From positions 38,378,001 to 38,442,000 of the forward strand of contig NC_042998.1 of the NCBI RefSeq assembly GCF_006345805.1: a stretch of DNA of 64,000 bases, written 5' to 3'. This document shows, one piece after another, positions 50,224 through 61,118 of the stretch. The translations under genes were made by a program, and so were the position numbers. This stretch comes from Octopus sinensis. Taxonomy: Eukaryota. Under the pieces are notes generated by a model. It was not told the origin of the DNA and made no database searches. It saw nothing but the letters and a program-made list of their open reading frames with translations. How positions within the stretch are numbered: position 1 is the stretch's first letter; each line of letters starts with the position of its first letter.

Positions 50224-50913
50224 AGAAAGAGAAAGTAATAACCAAGTGAAGGAGAATAACAACGGAAGGTTTAAAAAAGCGTAAGAATAATTGAAGAAAA
50301 TATGAAATAATAATTGAAGCCAAAAATTAATACTTATTGAAAGTGGGTAGAAAAAAACACTACGTAGTGTAGTGGTACTACGCTAGGGTATCTGTAGAAA
50401 GTTGAATGTGATTTCGGAATATAACGAAAGAAATGCTCGGATCTTGTGAATTTTACGAAGTCCTCTCTCCACCGCCTTGGAAAAGATTTTCCCTACAAAT
50501 TTCTTTTATAATCATTTGAAAGGTATTTTTATAAAATACCAGACGCAGGAGTGGCTGTGTGGTAAGTAGCTTGCTTACCAACCACATGGTTCCGGGTTCA
50601 TTCCCACTGCGTGGCAAGTGTCTTCTACTACAGCCTCGGGCCGACCAAAGCCTTGTGAGTGGATTTGGTAGACGGAAGCTGAAAGAAGCCCGTATGTATA
50701 TGTATGTGTGTCTGTGTTTGTACCCCCAATATCGCTTGACAACCGATGGTGGTGTGTTTACGTCCACGTAAACTAGCGGTTCGGCAAAAGAGAACGATAG
50801 AATAAGTACTAGGCTTACAAAGAATAAGTCCTGGGGTCGATGTGCTCGACTAAAGGCGGTGCTCCAGTATGGCCGCAGTCAAATGACTGAAACTAGTAAA
50901 ATTGAAAAACAAG

Positions 50914-51606
50914 CCATTTTCCTAAAAGTTACGAGGGAAAAAGCTCTGATCTTGTGGATTTTTCGAAGTCTTCCCTCCACCCTCTTGGAAAAGATTCCCC
51001 CCACAAATTTATTTAGAATCGTAATGTATGCCGTTTGAAAGGTATTTCCATAAAATTTCAATGAAAAATAAACTCCATTTTCCTGAAAGTTACGAGGGAA
51101 AAAGCTCGGATTTTGTGGATTTTTCGAAGTCTTCCCTCCACCCTCTTGGAAAAGATTCTCCCCACAAATTTATTTAGAATCGTAATGTATGCCGTTTGAA
51201 AGGTATTTCCATAAAATTTCAATGAAAAATAAACTCCATTTTCCTGAAAGTTACGAGGGAAAAAGCTCGGATTTTGTGGATTTTTCGAAGTCTTCCCTCC
51301 ACCCTCTTGGAAAAGATTCTCCCCACAAATTTATTTAGAATCGTAATGTATGCCGTTTGAAAGGTATTTCCATAAAATTTCAATGAAAAATAAACTCCAT
51401 TTTCCAAAAAGTTACGAGGGAAAAGGCTCGGATTTTGTGGATTTTTCGAAGTCTTCCCTCCACCCTCTTGGAAAAGTCTCTCCCCACAAATTTATTTAGA
51501 ATCGTAATGTATGCCGTTTGAAAGGTATTTCCATAAAATTTCAATGAAAAATAAACTCCATTTTCCTAAAAGTTTCGAGGGAAAAGCTCTTATTTTGTGG
51601 ATTTTT
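50914..51606. repeat. 161-bp minisatellite, about 4.3 copies, with an older diverged unit at about 50435-50540 separated by a SINE
   Basis: CCATTTTCC unit starts at 50914, 51075, 51236, 51397 and 51558. Confidence 0.93.
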
Positions 51607-52263
51607 CGTTGTCCCTTTACCCCCTCCCCTCCCGCTGCTTTGCACACATCTTTTAATTTTCCTTTCCGAGTCAAGACGCAAGCATTAACCCACGTTTTAC
51701 ACCTATTACACTATTTTATTTTCCTTTTTTTTTTTTGCTCGGGTCAAAAACTTGTAAAGATTGGGGGTGGGGGAATTAAAAATTTAAAAACGTAATTTCT
51801 TTTTGCATAAACGTATTCTCTAACATCGAAAACACGTCGTCTAAGTATTCTTTACCTCCTCCCAATTTGTTTAAATCTTTTCAAATTTTCTATGAAACAA
51901 ATTGAAGGCGAACCAGGCTCAAAGAAATAATGGACGCGTGTTGCACGCATGTTGGGAGTGAAAGACCCTGCTTGAGCATGTCATAATGGAAAAGCAAGGT
52001 GTTGGTTAAAAGGGCAGAGCTCGTGGGGTCGGAGCAAACCTGTCTACTTTTAACCCCATGTTGTCCTCATTGTTTGTTAATGTCTTTTGTGCCCCATTCG
52101 ATGTTATCACGTTTTTAAATTTTTAACCAACTCTTTCGTTATATATGACCCCCAGATCATATTGTACTATCCCTTCTATGTACGTCTGTAGGGATAATAA
52201 AAAAAATTGAACCAGGCTCAAAGAAATATTTTCTTGTTTTAAAAGATGGCGAACAAGAATAAA

Positions 52264-52796
52264 TATTTCTTTACTACCCACAAGGGCCTAAACACAGAGG
52301 GGACAAACAAAGACAGACAAACGGATTAAGTCGATTTCATCGACCCCAGTGCGTAACTGGTACTTAATTTATTGACCCTGAAAGGATGAAAGGCAAAGTC
52401 GACCTCGGCGGAATTTGAACTCAGAACGTAACGGCAGACGAAATACCTATTTCTTTACTACCCACAAGGTGCTAAACACAGAGGGGACAAACAAAGACAG
52501 ACAAACGGATTAAGTCGATTTCATCGACCCCAGTGCGTAACTGGTGCTTAATTTATTGACCCTGAAAGGATGAAAGGCAAAGTCGACCTCGGCGGAATTT
52601 GAACTCAGAACGTAACGGCAGACGAAATACCTATTTCTTTACTACCCACAAGGTGCTAAACACAGAGGGGACAAACAAAGACAGACAAACGGATTAAGTC
52701 GATTTCATCGACCCAGTGCGTAACTGGTACTTAATTTATTGACCCTGAAAGGATGAAAGGCAAAGTCGACCTCGGCGGAATTTGAACTCAGAACGT
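52264..52796 (-). mobile_element. Head-to-tail trimer of the Nin-like SINE (184-bp period) flanked by a single 19-bp TSD
   Basis: Units start at 52264, 52448 and 52632. TSD GATGGCGA(A/G)CAAGAATAAA at 52245-52263 and 52797-52815. Confidence 0.88.
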
Positions 52797-53057
52797 GATG
52801 GCGAGCAAGAATAAAATTAAGAGCGAGGCTCAGCACGCGCGTTCGGCGTCACTGCGCATGTACCAAATTCCAAAAGATTCCGCGACGGAAAGAGACTCGA
52901 ACAAGACGGACGACCATCTTGAAGAGCGTGGACACAAGTCATATATCTATGGTGCAAAAGAAAACCAAGACAATGGAGATTCCGATTCTGAAAAAAACAT
53001 TTTCAAAAGTCGCAACTTCAAGATTTCAATTCCTCACCCAATTTCTTCATTCGAAGG

Positions 53058-53290
53058 AGGGAGGAGAGACCATCAAACGTGGGTTGTTGAGTGCTAGGAC
53101 ACCACTGTCAAGAAAGGATTTTTACACGCTTGTACCCGACAGCAATACAGCAACACTGGAAACTGTATTAATAGAAAATATGTTTACCGATAAATGGGCC
53201 CAGCTGTAGAAATTTACAGCAACTTGCCTATATTCTCTGAACGGTAAACCATTCACAGAACTTCGTTGACCCTGAAACCAGCACAACCAG
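53058..53290 (+). pseudogene. Second, more degraded Merlin transposase relic
   Basis: Across frameshifts: GGRRDHQTWVV..KGFL../LVPDSNTATLETVL..TDKW../TVNHSQNFVDPET. Confidence 0.65.
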
Positions 53291-53889
53291 AATTGTCGCC
53301 CATTGAGGCTTCATTGGTCCTGAATCAAAAGACAATGGAAGCCTGTTACTCTGGATCATCGGACCATATGAAATGGTCTTGCATAGAGGAATGCATGGAT
53401 TTACGGCGAAAAAAATTTTCCAGAATTTCTATATATTTCACAAACACATTGTCGAAGTTTCCTCTAAATTCCACCGAAAAAAAAAAAACCTTTAATTTCA
53501 CTTTGTTACAGTATGAGTTTGCTGTTATTTCTGGACTCGTGTTTTTTTTTGTTTTGTTTTGTGACTTTCAAAACAAAAACTAAAATAAACACTTTAAACT
53601 TCACTTTGTCATAATTACTGCAGGAAATTACTCTGGACGAAATCTTTGCAGAAACGTGAGTAGATTGATTAAATATTTCTTTTTTGTAAGATTTGGCTGT
53701 TATTTCTAGCATGTGAATAGCCTGCTTGGAGGCCAAGGCCGTTGAATAAGGAGGTGTTGGGGGTAACTTTTTATTTTAAATTGAAATTTTACAAACAATT
53801 TTTGGTATTCTTTCGTTTTGACTAGAATTTTATAAACATACCACTCGGTAATTTCCGAGAGCACGTTTTCCTCTCAGCTGTCAGTTGAC

Positions 53890-54691
53890 CATTACAGGCT
53901 GGCCAGACCATACCCTTTCTAGTTAGAAAATCTTTTTCAGATGATGATATGTATGACCCAAGATATTTGCAATCAGAAACCATATTGTTGAGAGTATGGA
54001 TGATGAAATCACTGTTAGACAGGCTCTTGTTTACATATTCAGTCTTGAACTCATTGAGGTAAAGACCTACACAATTTGAGGCTTGGTCAAGAGATTGTAA
54101 AAGAGACTGGGCATTGGAGAGAGAATCACTGATAAGAGCGATGTCGTCAGCAAAGTCAGCTGGGTGTCTGGAACTTCTAGGTTTTATTTCAAAGCCCTTA
54201 CCAGAAATGGTATCAACTGACATACGTAGCACATAGTAGAGATTTCAAACTTAAAATCTTCAAAGCCACAGTCGAACCAATTCTACTATATGGCTCAGAA
54301 ACCTGGACGTTATCAAAGAAGCTTGAGAGGCGGTTGGATTGAACCTACACTCGCCTCCTTATGAGAGCTCAAAATTTCTTGTGGAAGCGTCATCCAACCA
54401 AAGTACAAATATATGGGAAACTACCACCTGTATCATCTCTTGTGAAAGGTAGAAGAGTCCAGTTAGCTGGACATTGTTGTAGAGCTGAAGACGAGGTAAT
54501 TTCTACTCTTCTCTGGAAGCCATCTACTCGCGATACCAGAGGGTGCCACACTCTTCTACCCTGATGTAATCTCCAGGGATCCAGGCATCCAGCAACATGA
54601 CCTCCGTAATGCTATGATGGACCGTGAGGTCTGGTGTAACGTAGTAAATTTCATTGTCTCAACCCCGGTCGAACAATGATGATGATGAGGA
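53890..54691. mobile_element. 5'-inverted (twin-primed) RTE-like LINE insertion with an 11-bp TSD
   Basis: Minus 53890-54237 encodes RT FADDIAL..KYLGS..WPACN. Plus 54238-54691 encodes RDFKLKIFKATVEPILLYGSETW..LAGHC and ends in a (TGA)n tail. TSD TGTCAGTT(G/C)AC at 53879-53889 and 54692-54702. Confidence 0.88.
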
Positions 54692-56986
54692 TGTCAGTTC
54701 ACGTCTCAAAAGTGGAAAGAGAAAGCTTAATGGGTTGTACGGGTTCTTGTGTGTGTGTGTATTATATTTATTATGTATATATGTTTATTATGTATTTATT
54801 ACGCAAATAATGTCGCATTTTAAGCTTCATAAAAAGTCTTGCATATTTGTTCTTACCTGCACACACACACACACACTAGAACAGACACACAACCCATTGA
54901 TTTTCTCTTTCCACTTCGATACGTCAATTGACAGTTGCCAAGACAACACGTGCTCACGGAAATTACCGAACAGTATCTTTTATAGAATTCGAGTATTTTT
55001 CTACGTATTTCAAAAAAAAAAAAAAAAAATCCAGAAAGTCAAAAAATGAAAAAAATTGGGTTTTTTTTTTCAGAATCGGAAATCTCCATAGCCGAAAACG
55101 TGGGATTCTGTAAAAAAAAATTTTTTTAAGGTTGGAAGGAGTCCGTTTACGTCTCCGCCGTCTGTAGCATATTTGTGCTTTAAGAATTTTTGCATTTTTT
55201 TTTTTTTTTTCTTTAGAGAATATTTCAAACAAAATATCGGGGATAATGCAATTTCGCACCTCTCCTTGAAAAATGCATTGTTTTGAAAAAATTGTTGGTC
55301 TATATAAACATCCTCACCCGGCAAAAAAAAAAAAAAAAATAATAATAATAATAACCAACCTGGGGGTGGGGTTAACAAGTGTGTGGAAATCGAATACGAA
55401 AAAAAAATGTACGCTGACGACCCTGGGGTGGGGATGGACTTTCGGAAAATTCACAAGATCCGATTTTTCCGTCATAAATTCGGGTAAAATGTATATATAT
55501 TGATTTTTCTTTTTTTTTACGGAATCCCACGTTTTTGGTTAGGGGGGATCCGATTCTGAAAAAAAAAACAATTTTTAATATTTCATTGTTATCGCAGTTT
55601 TGTGAGATTTGGCTGTTATTTCTAGCATGTAGAGAGCCTGCTTGAAGGCCTGAGTGTACTATTTTGTTTCTTGTTGAAAAATTGAAATTTTACAAACAAA
55701 TTTTTTTTTCAGAATCGTAATCTTCGTATTTTTCTATGCATTTTGCAAAAAATAAAAAAATAAAAGAAATCCAGAAAAAGTGAAAAATGAATGAAGAGGG
55801 GTGTAGGTGGGAATTGAAATGTTGAAAATGCGATTCCTACGTATAAGATGTCGAATATGCAAAAAAAAAATAAAATTAACACCATTTTTTAAAACTTTTT
55901 CCCCACTGTTTTTAGATGGAGATTCTGGATATGCAAGAAACCACGTTTTGAAACTTTTAAATTCAATAAGCATATAGATAGATATATAAAGAGATAGATA
56001 TGAATGTCTTTCCTGGGGTTAAAAAAACAAACAGTAACACCGTCAGGACCGTCACGTTTAGTTGACAAATATATTTTATGAATAAATAAATGGATGAAAA
56101 AGTTCAAGATTTAAAATTGGGGGAGGGGTGAAATTTGAGCCCCTTATTAAACTTCATGACATTTAATTATTAAACATGGTTTCTCATAAAATGGTGTATT
56201 TAATTTACATTAAATTCTTATTTACAGAAGTAAAACGCAAATTCTTTTCACATTAATGTTTTTGTCTATTTAATTTCGATTTGCATATAGTTCGTCAATT
56301 CGCTACAATCTCTTTAAAGTAAACAAAATTAAGAATTTTAATTGGGAGGTGAGGAATAGTCACCAATTTTGCAATTAACTGTAGATGGCTGTTTTACATA
56401 AAAGGTAACGATAAATATCAGAAGGTGGATGAGTTGTGTCTGAGTTGAAAGTGCAACAATTTTATTACAGGTTTCCAAAACCGCTGAACAAAGTGTGTGT
56501 GTGTGTGTGTGACAGTGTAAAACTTACGATCTGTGCAAAACCTCATAATGTCGACATAGTCTGGCAGGAATAACATTTGTTAAGATGTGAATAATTTCAG
56601 TTTCACTTACTTACAGTTCACAGGGCCTTTTAGGTTGGAGCTGATGATATCAATTCCACGATACAAAGTAGGATAAATGTCATAATGCAGATACAAAATA
56701 TTGATGGAGAAACCAATTTCAGCAAACCGGATGAAACGATGTATTTAGCCTCAAAGAAGCTGCTCAAAATGAACGAATGTTGAGTGAAGAACTGGGCATG
56801 AGGATTGAGAGTTGCTAAAAGCAAAAACTTAGCCCCATAGTCATAACGACTAGGGAAGCAAAACAGTGACTCCCCTATGTTCTGAAGCTGACAGAATGAG
56901 GAGGAGTTCTTTGAAAGTACGTTGTCACAGTTGAACGTCTTCAAAGAAACTCAAACTTTTAGGGCATAGTTTCGGTTGTAGTAGCA

Positions 56987-57371
56987 CAGATTTCCGTCGA
57001 TTTCCGTAAAAAACTTTTATTTTTTTACATAAGTAATGAGAGCGAAAGAGACTAAGAGGAAGCGATTTTATGACGAGAAGGTTTCTCTTTGAAGTCGGCC
57101 TGTGTGTGCTTGATGGGGTGTGGGAGACAGACAGTATGTTGTGTAAGTGAAGTGCTTCTGTTAGTGTGTGCGAAGAGAAAGAGAGAGATAACTGATTTTT
57201 TACTCGGTGTATGTGTATGTCTGCATGTATGTGTGTGTGTGTATGTATCTATGTATGTGTGTGTTTCAAAGAGAAACCTTCTCGTCATAAAATCGCTTCC
57301 TCTTAGTCTCTTTCGCTCTCATTACTTATGTAAAAAAATAAAAGTTTTTTACGGAAATCGACGGAAATCTG
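56987..57371. repeat. Near-perfect 107-bp inverted repeat with a 171-bp spacer
   Basis: 56987-57093 is the reverse complement of 57265-57371, with no mismatch found by eye. Confidence 0.9.
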
Positions 57372-58899
57372 AGCTACGACATGCGAAACTTCGCCACTTT
57401 TAGGTTTCAGACGCTCTTTGGACTTGGGCCGAAGTTGTTTGAATTTGCGCAACGCCAACCGTCCTAACTGATCAGCGTCTGTCCAAACAACTCGCCTCCC
57501 CCCCCCAAAAAAAAAACCCATCATGTCTTAGTATATACCTTCAGGCTCCCCACCTTAAACATTATGACGTAATTTCGTTTTGACTCGAATTTTATAAACA
57601 TACTTCTCGGGAATAGACATTCTTTATTTGGCACTAAGGCCATACACAGAGTTGACAACATAAAACGAATGTAAAATGAAACGTGTATATAAAAATGATA
57701 GAAATAAGTGATGATGAAATGAATTTTATTCGAGGCACAAGGCCTAAACACAGATGGGACATACATAGACATGTGGGGACAAAAAAAAAACATGAAGAAA
57801 TGAATATAATTACAATGAAAATGAAACTGCCATCTTGGCCCCGCCGCTCCGAGATGAAGTTGTGATTTCCTTTTTTAAAACTTGCAGTATAACAAAATAT
57901 TTCTACGTATGTTCATTTAACCAAGATGGTTACGAGTTTTGCTTTTTGTTTTTAACAACAAAAATTTTAAACTAAAGGTTTTCAGTCTTTAAAACAAATC
58001 ATAACTTACCACTTTAAATTATCTTTTATGTCAGCATAGTACACCACCGAGGCGCAAGGTTCAATTTCCACGTCTGGCCCCAGTGGATTCACATCCGAAG
58101 GAAAGCATTGAAGCTGTACTTTACATCATTCAATATGATACACCTCATGCTCCTGTCGTAATCCAAGTTCACTATTACTATGCTTTTCAATTTTGAAATT
58201 CTCTTTAACTTTTGGGTTGTCCTATATGTCACTAGAAAAACCTTACTTCTGTGTGTGTGTCTGTGCTTTATGATTGTGACTCTGTTTTTCTGTTTCTATA
58301 ATTCTACATTATCTTGTGATTGTCTGTCTGTGTGTTTGTGTGACTGTAAATATGTGCGTTTTGTTTGTGTGTCTGTGTTTTTAGGTTTCTCTGATTCTGA
58401 GTTATCTCGTATCCGTTTGTCTATATTTCCGTGTTTGCATGTTTGTCGGTCTGAATGTTTATGTACTTGCAAGTCTTTACTTTTGCTCAGTATCGAATCC
58501 TTATCGGTAGCATTTTCCACTGGTGATCCTACTGACAAACTTTTCCTGCTTTTCGTTGTAGGTTAGTTTACTTCTTCCATAGCTTTGTATTTTTTCTATT
58601 CCATTATCGTTAATTTTTCTTGATTTCACCTCCACAAAATCACAACTTGTCCTGTTATCTGATTCTGCTGTTTCTCCATTATATTCCCCTGAATACTCTC
58701 CTCTGCAATTTCCACTGCTGCTCTAGGGCATCTCTTTCTTTTGTGCCCCTCTTTCACCACATCCATGACACTTTAGGGGCCTCCCCACTAACATTATCTC
58801 CAGCTTTACTTCATTTGGTTGCTCTAAAGTTTCTCGCATCCCGTCATAACACTTCTGGTTCACTGCATAAATTATCTATTCTGTAGTCCCACCACTTCA

Positions 58900-60870
58900 C
58901 TTGTTGGGTCCGGTTTATCATGCCCGTGCTCCACTTTTCACCATTTCCTCCCCTGTCTCCTAAAAAAAATCACCGCTATTATCCACTCTGGGTCTGTCCA
59001 CGGTGGGATTTTTCCCACCCTAATTCCGACAATTTGTTTGTCCAAACAGTTTGGCAGCAATGTCCATTCGTCTCCCTGTATCTCATACAAAAGTTACCAC
59101 TATGGACACATATCTTTTTCCTCTCATAAGGAACGACGCTATGCTGTCTACTATGAGTCTTTCCAAAATTTCTTCTATTTCCTCCTGCAGTGCGTTTTCA
59201 ATTCGTCTTTTTACATTTGAAAATGTTCTGAATATTACTGTCTTCTTTTCCATTTTCATTTGTTCTTCCTCTGGCGGGGTCAATTTTATATTTGACCCCT
59301 CTCTTTTTACCATTTTACAATATTTCTTTATCAGCTCTCTATTGTACTGAAGCAATTCCTGTCTCAGCACACTTGGGCCAACGGGAACTCGATCTCCCAT
59401 AGCATTCACTACCACCAAAACAATGATGGTGTCTCACAAAAATTGCTGCAAAGCAACACACAAAAACACAACCATTCACACCAACAAACGATGATGAAAT
59501 GGTTGCATTGAGCCCCACCCTTAAGCAGTACCCTTTAACAGTTGAATCCTACAATTTTTAAAGATTTTCTTTTTCTCTCTTTTTTTTCCTTTTTGCATTG
59601 TTTTTTTTTTTTAAAGTCTATTTTCTCTTTTTTTTTCCCATTTTTAAAACATATTTCTATTGTAGTTAATCAAGGGTTCCAATTCCTCATACTCCACTAC
59701 TGATGGTAAATTGTTGAATTCTATCTCAGCTCCTAAAGGGTCTATATCATTTCCGGACAGTTCCTTCAGTCTGCCATGTCTCTCTTTATCAATTAGTGTT
59801 CCTTCGATATATTCTGGATTTTTTTTGCTGGTGGCAACCTAATTCTTATGACAGATTTGAACTTTATTTTCCACTCGATAGCAGTGCTTTTAACATATGT
59901 GACTGTGCCACTTTTTCTTTTTAACATGTTTGTTTCAGTGACAGACCTGGGCTGTCCGAGCGAGTAATTTTTCTTAGTTCCTCTGTTGGAACGCTAAAAA
60001 AAATTCCTCCACGTTTGTCTTCTACTACGTGTTGCAATGCTGTTTCTGCTTCCACGCTACTTTCTATTGTTGATGCTGCTGCATCTAACCAGCTCCTTGT
60101 CACCTCCACTTCTATCTCCTTCATCCTTTTATGGCTCTCTGGTGGAGAGCTTACATGCTCTTTCCTTCCTCCTCCTATTCACCACAGTGAATGATTTGTC
60201 TTTCTCTCTTTCCGGCACTGCCACTTTGGCAGTTTGTCCTTCATATTGTTGCTCCTCCTCTTTGTTTTCTTCCTGGGGCACCTTGCTTTCATGTGCCCCC
60301 TTTTGTCCTCATAAGAAACACAGTCGTGGTCTGCCTTCCACCACCATTCTCAGCCTAATGTCTTCCAGCAGAATAATCTCTTCTGTGATCTTGTGCAAGT
60401 CTTTGAGCCTTACTTGTATTGCCATACCCCCACCAATTAACCTTTTTAGTTTTCAATATTTTTGCCTTGACTTCCATTCTGTGCATGACTGCTGCCACCA
60501 GCCATACTTCCTTAATCTCGTGTGTGTGGGTGTTCTACCGATTCATACTCTGGCAACGCTTTTGCCACAGTAAGTCGACAGAAGTACCCATTCCTGTGTC
60601 CTTATCAGCACAGTGGAGTAGTTTATTGTGTCCTCTTCGTTGGTAAACCTTACCTCCACTGTGCCCTACTTCCTTCCATGCGTATAAAACGTGGTCAGCT
60701 TTTTTATGTCTTCGAGGTATTCCTCTATTGAGGCAATCTTTTTTTCTTTTTTCTTTTAGAAGAGGTAGACAATGTCCTGTAGACAACTGTTTTCTTCGCC
60801 ACATTATTAGTCAATTCCTCTGGTGGGGTCAGCTTCAAACTGGCTCCCTCTCGAGAATACACAAAAACAG
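58900..60870 (-). pseudogene. Degenerate gag/ORF1-like coding relic with a duplicated domain
   Basis: REGSNIKLTPPEE..KKTVIFRTFS (about 59210-59300) and REGASLKLTPPEE..KKTVVYRTLS (about 60775-60860), each followed by decayed C/H knuckle-like residues. Multiple stops. Confidence 0.4.
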
Positions 60871-61076
60871 ACATACAACCCATTAGCTTCCTCTTTCCAC
60901 TTCGATATGCCAAACAGAACAAGCATTCAGCTGACAGTTGACATGACAACACGTGTTCACGGAAATTACTGATAAATTAAGTACCAGTTGCATAATGAGG
61001 TATGATCTAATTGATTGGCCTCTTCCCCAAAAATTTTGGGCCTTGTGCCTAGAGTAGAAAAGATGAGGCAATCATC

Positions 61077-61118
<42 letters not shown>

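Noticed and set aside
50914-52796. Regularly spaced repeats as a possible CRISPR array
   Set aside because: The units are contiguous near-identical tandem repeats without unique spacers, in eukaryotic DNA with no cas genes.
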